The notes: generated by a model not told the origin, from the sequence alone. A stretch of DNA of 64,000 nt from Chiloscyllium plagiosum (GCF_004010195.1 NC_057720.1:34654453-34718452); one strand, 5' to 3'. Counted from the stretch's first letter, positions 23,657 through 36,415 are shown. Made by a program: numbers and translations.

Positions 23657-24659
23657 TCACAGATGTAGTCTTTTCCATCAGCATTGGTGATAGTATTTTG
23701 CATTGTGACCACAGAATCAGAGAACTGAAGAATCTCATTGTGTTCCTGCAGAAACTTTCATGAAGAATCACTTCAGTCTGTAAGAAGTCACAGGGAGATC
23801 TCAATGCAGGGTAGCAGACCTGTAAAAATGGCTCTGCACAGCTGTTAGATTGAGTGCAGGTCAGAAAAACTACCTTTGTGAATGGCACCAACTATGAATG
23901 ATTGCAAGCTTAGAAGTTAACAATTCTGCATTATAAAAATACCTCTATAGACAGAAAGCATAACTACAGAAACCTTAGTGAAGTGTACAAAAGCCACAAT
24001 AACACCTCACATTGATAAAACAACCCAGGGAAATTTAGAGAGTTGCAATCTTAAATTGGCATGGAATAAAAGATGGTTGCTATTGGAGGGATGTCAAGAA
24101 GTTTAGGTTAAAGAGATTGATAGTCTTAAAGGAAGAAAGAGAAATAATGTTTAAAGATATTTGTAATATTTAAATTACAGTTTGAACATTTATATTTTGT
24201 AATTTGTAATTCCTCAAACAATGACTCAATCTGCATTCAACAAAATCTGGGAAACATCTAGGCTTGGCCTCAAAAGTCATAAATAAGATTCACACTGCAA
24301 AGATTCCAGACAATGACTGAGTCTAATAAAGGAGAGCCAATCTATGTCACCTTGACTTTCATTGGCTTTACCATCACCGAGTTATAATGCAGAAGTGTCA
24401 ACTTCTAAGGTGGCATCGTTCACAGTTGATGCCATTCACAAAGGTAGTCTTACCAGCCTGCACTCAATTAATAGTTGTGCAGAGCCATTTTTTACAGGTC
24501 TGCTACCTGCATTGAGATCTCCCCATGACTTCTTACAGACTGAGGTGATTCTCCGTGAAAATGTCTGCAGGAACACAATGAGCTTCTTCAGTCCTCTGAT
24601 TCTGTGGTCATAATGTAAAATAGTATCACCAATGCTGAAGGAAAAGACTACATCTGTGA
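23657..24659. repeat. Inverted duplication: 23657-23936 versus 24382-24659
   Basis: Arms align end to end in reverse complement (for example gcagagccatttttacaggtctgctacc and ggaaaagactacatctgtga) with scattered substitutions. Confidence 0.95.
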
Positions 24660-25210
24660 TAGCAATGTTTGCTATTGACCAGAAACTCCAGTTGACCAGT
24701 CACATAAATACCATGGCTATTGAATTGGGTGAGAGGCTGAGTACACTGCATTTTATGGCTGATCCTATGATTCTGCAAAGCCTCTCTGCAATCTACAAAC
24801 GTCAAATCAGGAGCGCAATAGAATACTTTTTATGTGTCTAGATGAGTGCAGCTTTAACAACATTCAAGTCGAGCAACACCATCCAGACGATAGCCCCTAT
24901 AGTCCACTGAATAGCCCCCACCAATCACCTTAAAAATCCCTTCCCTCTATCCCCATCTAGCATGGCTACAATGTGTTCTACCAATAGAACTTAGACTTCC
25001 TTTTTATTACTATCCAAAGAAAAAAGGAAGCAGGTTCATGGGACCAGTGAAATTATAGGCTCCTCCAAGTTTGTTTCTTCATTATTGCTGCATCAAAAGC
25101 ATGGAATTGCCTCCCCTCACTCCTAAAAGCTTTCTAAGGCATCCCTCCACAGATTGTGGCTGATAAAGAAGGAGGCACATCACCACATTTTCAAGCAGAG
25201 GTAGCCAGTA
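24200..25210 (+). mobile_element. Highly degraded RT C-terminus/3' end of the ORF1-less CR1-clade LINE, split by the inverted duplicate
   Basis: ccttgactttcattggctttaccatcac before and attgaccagaaact..cacataaatac..atctacaaacgtcaaatcaggag after the insert; ends with a gaaggaggcacatcaccacattttcaag tail region. Confidence 0.6.
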
Positions 25211-25284
25211 AATCAAAAGCCAAATACTACAGATGCTGAAAATACTCTGCAAGTCTATAGCCTCTGTGGAGTGAGAAACATGAG

Positions 25285-25770
25285 AACATCTGAACAAGGA
25301 GCAGGAGTAGACAATCAGGCCCTTGAGTCTGCCATTCACTAAGAGCGCGGCTGATCTGATGGTAACCTTAAATCCACACTCCTGCCCACCCCTCATAAGA
25401 TTTCACCGACTAGTTAACTAAGAAGCTGTCCACCTTTGTCTTAAAAAATATTGCAGGTTTTTGCTTACATCATATTTTCAGAGGAAATGATCCAAAATCT
25501 CATCATCCTTTGTAGGAATTTTTATTTGTCTTATATCTGTTCTGTACGTGTGTTTTTCAATTTTTAAACTGTAATGCACTGTTCTATATTCCTCTATAAG
25601 ATCAAGCTCTCTCCACATCTACTCTGTCAAGAGCTATCAATATTTGATATGCTTTTGATTTAATCACCTTTTACAGATCTAAACTCCGGCTGATACAAGT
25701 CCTGCCTGTTCAAACTTTTCTCTTAAGACAACTCTGCCATTACAGGTGTTAGTCTAGTCAATCTCCTTCA
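25285..25770 (-). mobile_element. Old CR1 3' fragment
   Basis: ggagcaggagtagacaatcaggcccttgagtctg 3' UTR motif and degraded C-terminal coding sequence. Confidence 0.7.
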
Positions 25771-26402
25771 GAAAGAGTTCATGCTTGAGGTTGATGACAA
25801 ACTGAGAATGAATTAAAGCAGAGGATTGAAGGATAATGAGATTTGAGACAGTTGTAGTAAAGAGGAATCTCCAGAGGAGATAAAATCAGCAATGATGTGT
25901 CAGATTGTGGTTTAGTGGGTGACAATGAAGTCATGGCCCAATAGAAGAATTTAGTGGATGTAATTCAGCCTTAGCTAGGTAGAGGTCCTTGAACATCAAA
26001 ACAATATCACAAGCCTTGAGGGAAAACTTGATGACACAGTCAGAGTTTGAAATTGAAGAGTTAGAAGTTCAGACAGATATAGATTAGTCAGTTAGGGGAT
26101 TAAGGAAACACAAACGGCTGATATTGAACCTCCCATTCTCAATGAAACGATTGTAAGAAGGCAAACTGCCAGAGGAAATTGCATAAGTTTTGTTTAAGCA
26201 AAACTGATGGTGAGTTGCCCTTAATTTTCCAACAGCATGTTTGAAAATTAGAAGGAAGTCACTGTTCACATTGATCCACCCTCTTTAACATAGAATTCTG
26301 ACAGCAGCATCAAACCAAAACAATTTCTATCAGCACAGATGAGACAAAGCATCCCAGAAGGAGGCTGTGTCTAATCATTAGCTCATAATTGATAGGCAAA
26401 CT

Positions 26403-26685
26403 ACTTTTTGTGATGTTTATTGAAGGATAAGCATTGGCCAGGATCGAGGGTTTAACTCCCCTGCTCTTCAATACAAATCATGGTGTGTGATCTTTCTCAT
26501 TAACATGTGAGGGTAGATGGGACTCAATTTCTGGTCTCATCAGAAATGCAGGCATGTCGTACAGTGCAGCACCCCTTCAGTACCGCTCTTAAAGTGCTGC
26601 TTAGGATTTGGCATTCAAGTCCTAGTGTGCAACTTGAACCCACACTATTCCAGTTTGGTAGTGAGAGTGGTACTAAATGAGGCAG
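26403..26685 (-). mobile_element. Deu-type SINE (SacSINE1/AmnSINE-like), diverged
   Basis: Minus strand: tRNA-like head with gggttcaag B-box, then gtactgaaggggtgctgcactgt..tttctgatgagac and gaagagcaggggagtta..cctggccaatg, as I recall for the Deu domain. Confidence 0.65.
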
Positions 26686-27589
26686 TTTGAGACACAAGGG
26701 TAATTGCTGAAGTGTGTGACAAGTATTTGTGTGTGTTACTATGCAATTGATTACTGACCATTAACATGCATATTTCAGATGTCTTTGGCAGACAAAACTA
26801 TTATGGTTTATCACATTATATTTTAAGAAGCCAACAGCATACATATTTTGAAGGGATATGAGACCAATTGAAAGCTCTTGATGTGCTGACACAGATGGAT
26901 CCCCAGGTCAGACTAGTTGAGTCAAATTGTTGGGAGACCAGCTTAAAAAAGGCAGAACACTGAAAATTTTAAAATTCCAAAGCAGTAAGTTAAATTGGAT
27001 GTGTAACTCAAATCTGTAAGTGCAGTCAGCCCATAAGAATCGCTTGTCAAAGTGACTCATAACAGTATATATCTATTACCATGTTTGTTATGAACTGGAT
27101 ATCATCCCAAACTGGGTGCCACCTTAACAGCTGGGACTTATAATTTCCTGTATCCTTCTTTAACAAATGAATAAACCAGTTCACATTTATTACATGTCGT
27201 GTACTTAGAAACTCCAGTCCTCGTAATTCAAATTCAGTAACAAACATTCAAAATCCTTTCTGGACAAGCCATTAGCAACTATCAGGGTTGAGGCAGTAGC
27301 CTGCAGTTCGGGATTCTGCAGCTCTCCCTTGCCTAGTTATTATCACAGATGTTTTTGTTAAACCCATTAAAAAAGCCCTTACTGTAGTATCCTTTGTTCT
27401 TGAAGCTATAATTGAAGGCCATTATTATCTACATTTCTGCTCTATCCCTCTGGATGTACCAGTTTCATTGCATTTATTGCATTGCTACTAAACAGCTCAC
27501 AGCATCGCTGTCACTTTACTAAAGCCTTCAATTGAGATTCATGGTGAAGGGTTGGAAAATGCCCACCACTATCAGGGGCATAGCTTTTT

Positions 27590-28230
27590 AAAATGCCACA
27601 GTGAGGTGCAGAAAATAGTCAAGAAGGCTCATGGAATTCTGGCCTTCATATCTAAAGAGCTGGACTAGAACAATGCAGATGTTATGCTGCAGTTGGGGAG
27701 GTGATGACTCTGTAGTATTATCACTAGACTATTAATCCAGAAACACAGGTAATATTCTGGGGACTCAGGTTCTGATCCTGCCGTGGCAGATAGTGGAATT
27801 TGACTTGAATAAATATCTGGAATTGGGAGTCTAATGATGACCATGAAACCATTGCCGATTGTCAGGGGAAAACCCATCTGGTTCACTAATGTCCTTTAGG
27901 GAAGAAAACTGCCATCCTTACTTGGTCTGGCCGGCATGTGACTTCAAACCCACAGCATTGTGCTTGACAGTTAGCTGCCCTCTGGGCAATTAGGGATGGG
28001 CAATAAGTGCTGGCATGGCTAATGAAGTCCACATCCCATGAATGAATAAAAAATGTTATACAAACCCCTAGCTAGATCCTAATGAGAGTACTGTGAGCAG
28101 CCCTGGGCTGCGCACCTTAGGAAAGTTGCTTTGGCCTTGGAGGGAGTTCAACACAGATCTGCAAGGATGGTACTTGGTCTTCAGGGTTAAGTTATGAGGA
28201 GAGATTAGATAAATTAAGCCTTTATTTTCA
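27590..28230 (+). mobile_element. CR1 fragment split by a SINE insertion
   Basis: aagaaggctcatggaattctggccttcat upstream and gagtactgtgagcag..ttggccttggagggagttcaa..gttatgaggagagatt downstream of the SINE. Confidence 0.75.
27696..28053 (+). mobile_element. Full-length tRNA-headed SINE sharing body and tail with the ORF1-less CR1-clade LINE
   Basis: Degenerate A/B boxes, body ctggttcactaatgtcctttaggg..tgccctctg, tail ggcaattagggatgggcaataa..cacatcccatgaatgaataaaaaa; further copies at 36055-36415 (-) and 39305-39490 (+). Confidence 0.85.
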
Positions 28231-29235
28231 TGAATATTCTGTAGGAAATGCTCCTCTTTGTAACTTTGTAGGACCTTTAAACACTCGGGTCAAGATTAGA
28301 GTGGTGCTGGAAAAGCATAGCAGGTCAGGCAGCATCCGAGGAACAGGAAAGTCGATGTTTCGAGCAAAAGCCCTTCAGCAGGTTCCTATGATTCTATGAT
28401 ACTACCATGTTTAAATTCAGTAACACTATATAATGAAGAGTATCTATGACTGAAAGTAACTCATAAGGATATGATCTTGATCTTTCACATAATCTTTCAC
28501 TCATTTAAATTTCAGGCTGAAGACTTTGCTTATAGAATTGCATTTTTACAGTCTTTCTAAGCAGTATGCCTGCTGGTGGGATAATAAAAACTGTGAGAAT
28601 GTATCAAGTAATTGTTTCTTTTTAAAATATAAGAAACATTAAGTATGAAAAAAGGCCTAACAAAGTTCGCACTCTCATCGCAACATTTTGAACATTCATC
28701 TGTTAGTCTTTACAATCCAGAATGCCTAATTATTTCAAATCTTTACTAGTCTACATCCAAAATTTCAGTAGGAACATAACCTTCTTAATGTTGATTTTAT
28801 ATTTATTTCTATTCATCTAAATGTATGTTCTGTGCTTAATCGCTTAGTTTAATTTATGACCACAATACTGCAGGCTTTACATAAGGCAAGTCAGCAGGAT
28901 CACTACTTTCCCTCGGGCAAGAAAAACCTGTTACCCAGACCTTGGCTGACATAGTTATAACTCCAATATCACACTACTTGTTAACTGTTAATACTCTCAG
29001 GGGAATCCAGGTATCAGTAATAAATATTGCTTTGCCCATGTGCTCACATCTCATGCCAAGCACAAATAAACATAAATTATAGGCCTATTTAAATTTGACT
29101 GGTTGTAAAATTAAAATTGAATCTTAAGATTTTATTTGGTGAGCTCACTTTCTTTCTAAACTTTGGAGTTCAATTTTTCTAATTATTCCTCCTCTCTCAT
29201 CTCTTTTACACTGAGCAATCTTCTTTATTTATGAC

Positions 29236-29482
29236 TTGGACTGGGGTGGACCAAGTTAAAAAATCACACAGCACCAGGTTATAGTCAACAGGTTAATTTG
29301 GAGGCATTAGCTTTCGAAGTGCTGCTTCTTCATCAGATGGTTGTAAAGGAGGTTCATAAGACCATAAGACCTGAGTTATGATCATGCTTCACAACTACCT
29401 GATGAAGAGGCAGCACTTCGAAAGCTAGTGTCTCCAAGTAAACCTGTTGGGCTATAATCCGAGTGTTGTGTGATTATTAACT
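29236..29482. mobile_element. Palindromic Penelope-like family C element with two opposed hammerhead motifs
   Basis: ~90-bp inverted arms; + motif CTGATGA-agag-gcagca-cttc-GAAA-gcta at 29399-29427 and its complement at ~29308-29337; a fragment of the same family at 4826-4925. No coding sequence seen, so assignment to Penelope is by analogy. Confidence 0.7.
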
Positions 29483-29739
29483 TGCATTATTTACTTTCAT
29501 CCCAAAGCATAGGTAGAGATTTTTTTTTCCATGGTGCTCAGAATAGTTAGACAGAAATTCTGATTGGCCAGGCTTATGATGAGCATTAATCACATTTATC
29601 CAATTTCTGTGTACATTGTATGAGTGTCGCTGATATGACCAGTATCTTCCCCTTCATAATTGCCCTCTGTGTTGAGTTGTTTTCTTGAAGGGCTGCAATC
29701 CATGGCGAACAGATACATCTGCAGTTCTGTTAAGAAGGG

Positions 29740-30130
29740 CATCCCAAGATTTGGAACGAGCAATATTGAAGGAATTTCAATATAGTTCCCAGTCAAGATG
29801 GATATATCTTGGAGAGGAACATGTCTTAGTCCCATTTATCTGCTGCCCTTGTCTTTCTCAGTAGTAAAGGTTGCAGATTTGGTAGGTGTTGTTAAAGGAC
29901 CCTTGCTACAGTGCATCTTATATATGGTACATCCTGCTGCCACTATGCAGATATGGTGAAAGCAGTACATGTTCAAATTGGTGAATGGGGCAGTGATCAT
30001 GAGAGTTGCTTTATCCTTGATTGTGTTGAGCTTCTTGAGTGCTATTGGAGCTATTCTTATTTAGGTAAATAGAGATTGTTTCTTCACACTCCTGAGTAGT
30101 GGCTTGAAGATGCAGATGGATTTTGTATTG
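29740..30130 (-). mobile_element. Degraded ORF1-less CR1-clade LINE RT C-terminal fragment
   Basis: ttgctttatccttgattgtgttgagcttcttgagtg and cagtcaagatgg..ttggagaggaac resemble the other family copies. Confidence 0.6.
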
Positions 30131-30167
30131 TATCATACAGATATGAAACGTCCATCATGTGATATGT

Positions 30168-31380
30168 CTAGATTAGAGTGGTGCTGGAAAAGCATAGCAA
30201 GTCAGGCAGCTTCTGAGGAGCAGGAAAATCGATGTTTCGGACAAAAGCCCTTCATCAGGAATGAAGGCAGGAAGCCTCCAGGGTGGAGAGATAAATGGGA
30301 GGAGGTTGGGGCTGGGAGGAAGGTAGCAAAGAGTACACTAGGTGGATGGGGTAGAGATGAAGGTGATAGGTCAGGAGGAGAGTGGGAGAAGGTAGCAAAG
30401 AGTACACTAGGTGGATGGGGTGGGGATGGAGGTGATAGGTCAGAGAGGAGGGTGGGACCTCTAAACTTCTAGATAAAAGTGAGGAGTGCAGATGCTGGAA
30501 ACCAGAGTTTAGATCAGAGCGGTGCTGGAAAACCACAACAGGTCAGGCAGCATCCGAGGGCAGGAAAATTGACGTTTCGGGCAAAAACCCTTAATCAGGA
30601 ATAGAGGCAGGAAGCCTCCAGGGTGGAGAGATAAATGAGGGGCTGGTGGGGCTTGGAGAAGGTAGCAAAGAGTACAATAGGTGGTTGGGGGTGGGGGTGG
30701 AGGTGATAGGTTGGAGAGGAGGGTTGAGTGGATAGGTGGGAAAGGAGATTGGCAGGTAGGATAGGTCATGAGGATGGTGCTGAGCTGGAAGGTTGGAACT
30801 GGGGTAAGGTGGGGGGAGGGGAAATGAGGAAACTGGTGAGGTCCACTTTGATGCCCTGGGGTTAAAGTGTTCCGAGGCAGAAGATAAAGCGTTCTTCCTC
30901 CAGGCATTGGGTGGTGAGGGAATGGAGGTGGAGGAGACCCAGATCCTGCATATCCTCGGCAGTGTGGGAGGTGGGGTTGATTAGTGTGGGTGTCCTGGAG
31001 ATATTCCCTAAAGCATTCTGCGAGAAGTCATCCAGTCTCCCCAATGTAGAGGAGACCACATCGGGAGCAACGGATACAGTAAATGACATTGGTGGATGTG
31101 CAGGTGAAACTTTAGTGGATGTGGAAGCCACCTTTGGGGCCTTGAATGGAGGTGAGGGAGGAGGTATGGGGGCAGGTTTTGCAATTCCTGCGGTGGCAGG
31201 GGAAGGCGCCAGGAGGGGAGGGTGGGGTGTTGGGGGGCATGGATCAGACCAGGTAGTCATGGTGACACCTTCCCCTGCCTTTATTCCTGATGAAGGGTTT
31301 TTGCCTGAAACTTCGATTTTCCTGCTCCTCAGATGCTGCCTGACCTCTGTGCTTTTCCAACACCATTCTAGTCTAGACTC
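30168..31380 (-). mobile_element. Penelope family A: GIY-YIG remnant with tandem terminal repeats and a short inverted repeat
   Basis: pLTR copies at 30168-30460 and 30470-30830 (-), GIY-YIG remnant to 31260 (AEDMQDLGLL..LEEERFIFCLGTL), inverted pLTR at 31272-31380 (+); hammerhead motifs at 30231-30258 (-), ~30571-30598 (-, mutated) and 31287-31314 (+). Confidence 0.92.
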
Positions 31381-31464
31381 ATTTCAATTTCTAGTCAAAC
31401 TTAGGGGCCGAGGGCACTATTCTAAGGTACTCATCTGAATGCCATTTTCAAATATCTAACAATG

Positions 31465-31790
31465 GGGTAGCATAGTGGCTCAGTGACCCTGCAGCGCCAG
31501 AGACCCAGGTTTAATTCCACCCTTGGGCATCTGTCTGTGTGGAGTTTCCACATTATCTGGCTTCCCTCCACAGTCCAAAGATGTGCAGATTATTGCATTG
31601 GCCAAGGAGAATTATCTGTAGTGTTCAGGGATGCGCAGGCTAGGTGGATTAACCATGATAAATGGAGGTTGGGGTGGGGGGGGTGGAGGGTAGGGTGTAG
31701 GGTTTGGTCTCAGTGGTATGCTTTTTGGAGAGTCAGTGTGGTCTTGATAGGCTGAATGGCCTCTTTCCACAAGGGAGGGATTTTATGTTT
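31465..31790 (+). mobile_element. V-SINE, diverged
   Basis: gtggctcagtg..cagcgccagagacccaggtttaattcc..tgtgtggagttt..ccacagtccaaagatgtgcag..ggctgaatggcct. Confidence 0.85.
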
Positions 31791-32444
31791 TATGTCCTGG
31801 GGCTTAGATGATTGGCATCCAATAATCATAACCAAGCAATAGAGAGTTTTACCATGATTTCCATTGATTTCAACTTAGTTGGGACTCGTTGATACTACAC
31901 TTCCTTAATACCATCTTGATGTCATGGGCAGTCACTTTCATTTCTTTAAGCCATGTAAGCTGGTGTGCTGCCAGCAAATCTATATGCCAATGTGTTTGGT
32001 CTGAGCTTTTGCAACATATTTTCATAGCTATTGATGACTGTTATTTCAGACAGTGGTAACTTCTGTTCACAAAGGTTGTCAGATTAGATATCCAGAGCAC
32101 TGAAATTAGCTCATGGTGATTTTAAAAGAGATTGAGGAGATTTAGTAGGCTCATTGCAGACCAGTAATCAACCACACTCATAAAGTTCACTGTCACAAAC
32201 AACCAAAGCAGTAAAAATACTCCAGAGGTAGTTATGATCCAGCTGTACAAAGTTCTAGACAGACTGCACCTTGAGACAGACGTTACATTTCTGGTCCTCA
32301 TGTAAAAAGGAAAACATTCACGTGCAGTACTGAATAAATCATTAGGCCAATCCTTAATGTTAATGGTTTGAGTTGTGAGAAAAATCTCAGAGACGTGATG
32401 TGATCATGTAAAATAGGTGATATGAAATCAGCCAAAAATTAAAC

Positions 32445-32731
32445 TTAGAACTGTAGAATCCCTACAGTGCAGGTAGAGGCCTTGGACACTATCAGCAATT
32501 TAACATAGCCACTCTAGCTGGCCTACACATCCCAGGACACTATGGGCAATTTAATATGGCCAAGCCACCTAATCTGCACATCTTTGGACTGCTGGAGGAA
32601 ACCAGAGCACCCAAAGGAAACCCATGCAGACACAGGGAGAACCTACAAATTCCACACAGAAAGTGACCTGTTGCTGGAATCAAACCCAGGTCCCTGACAC
32701 TATGAGGTGGCTATGCTTACCATTGAGCCAT
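32445..32731 (-). mobile_element. V-SINE
   Basis: ctgcacatctttggactgctggaggaaaccagagcaccc..aaattccacacaga, homologous to 17548-17853. Confidence 0.88.
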
Positions 32732-34044
32732 TTAAATTGCTATTACATTCATAGAATTGGAAGAGATGTACCACCTGGATCTGATGCAATAACCCCCCTT
32801 TTGCACAATCACGCAAGATTAAATAATTTAGTCTGCTCTCCCATCGCTTATCATTTAATGTTGAAAAGGGCTGGATCAGATAGAGGCATGTAATACAGTA
32901 AATGATTTGGAAAAGAATAATTGAGAATACTACCTTAAAATAAAGAACTGGAATAGTACAGGAGCATAAGATGCTGGAAACCTTAGGACTGATATCAGAA
33001 CTGACTACTTCATGAGACAATTGACCGCCATTTAACTTCTCAATTCAAACAGTCTTATGGGAGTAACCATCCTAAAATCATTTGAAAAACTATTAGATGT
33101 TGGAATGTTCTGGATAGATGAATTAAGATGGATTAAATGGCTTTCCCTACTATTAAGTAATTTTGTGATTCTAAGAGAATAATGTCACTATGTAAAATTT
33201 AACTGCACTGAACTATTAGTTATAGCTTTGTGCCACAATTCTGCTGATACAAATGTAGCTGATATATACACACACATAGATGTTTATAGGCCTAAAAATG
33301 ACACCCTTCAATCTTTTATATCATTCAGTTTTTGATATGAAGTACCAGTGTTTCATTGCAATGTGAATTATAGAGACAAGAGGCAATACATAACCGAGTC
33401 TTGTAATTCAGTAGTAGTGTCCCTTTGAGCCCAGGGTCTAGTTCATGTTTCACCTATCCCTCAGCTGTGTCACAGCATGATCAAATAGGTTGATCAAAGT
33501 AAGAAGCAATATGTACGTTTGGTTTTATGGTATTTAAGGAACCTATACCAAGAAAAAGAATTTTATTTCAGAACCTTTAATTCTTCTAATCACAGTCAAT
33601 CCTGCCTACCTATGTCTGTGACAAGAAAGCAGTGAGAGAAAAGTATTTTACTTTCAATATAAAGCTCTTTCTGTCTTTCTGAGATAAAGAGGGGTTACTT
33701 GTTAATTCACTCTGCATGACACATTTCATGTTGTTTTCATTCTTTGTTGCCCGTTGTAAAGAGTTACGGCAGTAAATCAATTTTCTTTTAAAGTGAGTTT
33801 GCTTTGAGTTTGCTGTATTTTGGAATGGTGCCAAATACATGGCCTTTGGATGACAAGGCTAGTACAACTCACAGTCACAGGCTTGCCATTTGTTTCAATG
33901 GAAATAGAGCAACTTAATTCTTATGGAGTCAACTTGCTCCAGGTCATCTAACATTTTTCCGCAAATATAAATTGTAGCAGTAGCTACTTGTTAGGAGTAC
34001 TTTACACCAGCTCTTGTGTTGACTATGTTTACTTTTTAAAAGAG

Positions 34045-34292
34045 GGTTTTTTTATGCACTCATGGGACATGGGCAATTCTGGCTGAATTTGTTGCCCATC
34101 CCTAGTTGTCATTGAGCAGGTGATATTTTTTGAACGTTTTGAACAACTACAGTTCTCATACTGTAGGTTGACCCACAATCCCCCAAGAGAGAGAATTCTA
34201 GAATTTTGATCCAGTGACAGTGAAGGAACAGTGATAATTTCCAAAGTCAGGATGGTGAGTGGCTTGGAGGCGGACTTGCAGGCAGTGGTGCC
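34045..34292 (-). mobile_element. 3' end of the ORF1-less CR1-clade LINE
   Basis: tcatgggacatgggc..tgttgcccatccctagttg tail, same as the SINE tail at 27984-28053. Confidence 0.7.
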
Positions 34293-36054
34293 TAATTAGA
34301 GCAATAATTTGTCATGGAATTATTACTACTGAGAATCTTTGAATTTATAAAATCTACGAGCATTTGATGATTTCTAGATCTCATGCAGTTTTTAAGTCCT
34401 TCCCCCTCCACCTTCCACTGCCATGTGATCTTGCAGGAGATGCCCAATGAATTGGCCTTTTGTGTTTCATCAGCCAGTTAGGCTCAATGCGTGGCCCATT
34501 GACAGAGGAGAGTCAAACATGGGGACCATGAGAGAGGTTGGCTGACAGGCAACCCCAGAAATAGATGTGAGAGCCTATCAGGCAGATAGAGATTTAGAAG
34601 ATGCTTCAGAATGGAGGCTGGCTGGAAAGAGTGTAGATTGTCCAAAACCACAGGGTAATGAATGTGGAAGGGGAGCATTTCCGCATGAATTCATTTGACT
34701 ACCATTGTACTTCTTTCAATCTTTGAGATAGATGCTTCTGCATCAGTCTATAATTTGTTTTCTCCAGCCATCAAACTCAGACACAGTGTATGATTCCCTG
34801 ATGCTGGCAAATGCGCCTCCATTGCCAAAGATGGCCACTAACTGAGCTCTCATGTAGTCTGATTGTCTGTCCATCTCTGGTGAATGAGTGGCCGATCCCA
34901 ATGAGAGCTGCCCATTCCAGGAATCATGCCAGGAGACATGACTCTTTTGGAGTTTCCACTTACTTGCAAGTATGGCCGCCTCCAAACTCACTGCCACAGA
35001 TCAAGGATAACACTTTCCACACCACTTAGCAATCTCCCTGTTGAAAATATTAAAAACAAAACAAGAGTACTAATTTCTCTTAATTGCTTAGGTAAAATTC
35101 CTTCCCCTTTTCAAAAGGGCGAAGTAACCAGATGGCAGCTGCTTATTCTCATTCTGGACCTTATATTGCTAGGCAACAATAGTTTTGCCACATTCTTTTC
35201 TTATTTTGCAACACGTATTAGTCACAATTAAACAAATACAAACGCTGCAATAAATTACTGGACATAAATGTGATGACGTGACAAAAAGAAAATTTGCCTT
35301 TCTGACTTAGATATTTAAGATATTATTCCAATTGTTATTAAGCAGAGGGTCAAGTGTATCAAAGAAAGTCTAGCTGTTGATCAGAGTTTGGTACACTCAA
35401 TCCCTCCACTCCACCTCAAATATATAATAGAAGAATGGTATAAATGTTAGATGAAATTTTAAAGCAGAATGTGTTTGTGTGGCAACAAATGCTTCTAAAT
35501 TATGTTCCTTTGACTCCTTTTTATTACTGTGTACATTAATTTGTTTGAGTTTGATAAGCAAAGCAAGTCCTCAGCAGCTGGCTTGCTTGCAGCATAGAAA
35601 ATGCTATTCAATAGTGACAGTATCAATACTTGCACACATTAATCTGTTTATCTGGAAATATTCAGCCACTCAACAGCTGGGGTCACTTTAAAATGCTGTA
35701 GTTTTGACAGAAAATATGTCCCTGATCATTTTCAAATTTCAAAATGTTCTCTTTTGGCCACAGGCAATGTCTGTCTAATTTTGTTCAATGCACTCCAACT
35801 AGTATTTCTGACATTCTGCACCTTTAACTTCTGCTGATTCTACACTTTAAACCAGTCCAGTTTAGTCTGTAATAAATCTGGCTCCAGATGCTCTTGGCTG
35901 GTATGAATAGGAAAGTCACTCCTAAAGCAATTTTGTGGCATAGTCAGTCATTTAAAATGATGTAACATGATGGGGTGGAGTAAGGTTGGTATGAAATATT
36001 AAGCATCAGCAGTTATCTCATTTATAATTTATTGATAATGTGGCCTCACATATT

Positions 36055-36415
36055 TGTTTTGTTCTTTCATGGGATATAACTGTGACCAACATTTGTTGTC
36101 CATCCCTAATTGTCCTTGAACTAAGTGGCTTACTAGGCTATTACAGTGGGAACTTCAGGGTTAAATACATTGCTGTGCCTCTGGAGTTTCATGTGAACTG
36201 GACAAGACAGATTTCCTTCTTGAAAAGACATTAATGGACCGGATGTGTTTTTGTAACAATCAATGGTAGTTTTATGGTTATTATCACTAAAACTAACAGA
36301 TTAATTAATTATTTTTAACTTTCATTTGTTGCTGCAGGCGCGTTTGGATCCCATATATCCAGTTGCCTCTGGATTTGCATTCTAGTGACACCACCATGAC
36401 AACACCATCTTCCCA
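36055..36415 (-). mobile_element. Diverged copy of the tRNA-headed SINE
   Basis: Collinear with the reverse complement of 27696-28053. Confidence 0.7.

Noticed and set aside
23547..24613. Paralogous small proteins (23547..23891 - and 24362..24613 +)
   Set aside because: The similarity results from the inverted DNA duplication; there is no domain or splice support.
30911..31438. 175-aa Gly-rich ORF
   Set aside because: Antisense frame of a C-rich Penelope remnant.
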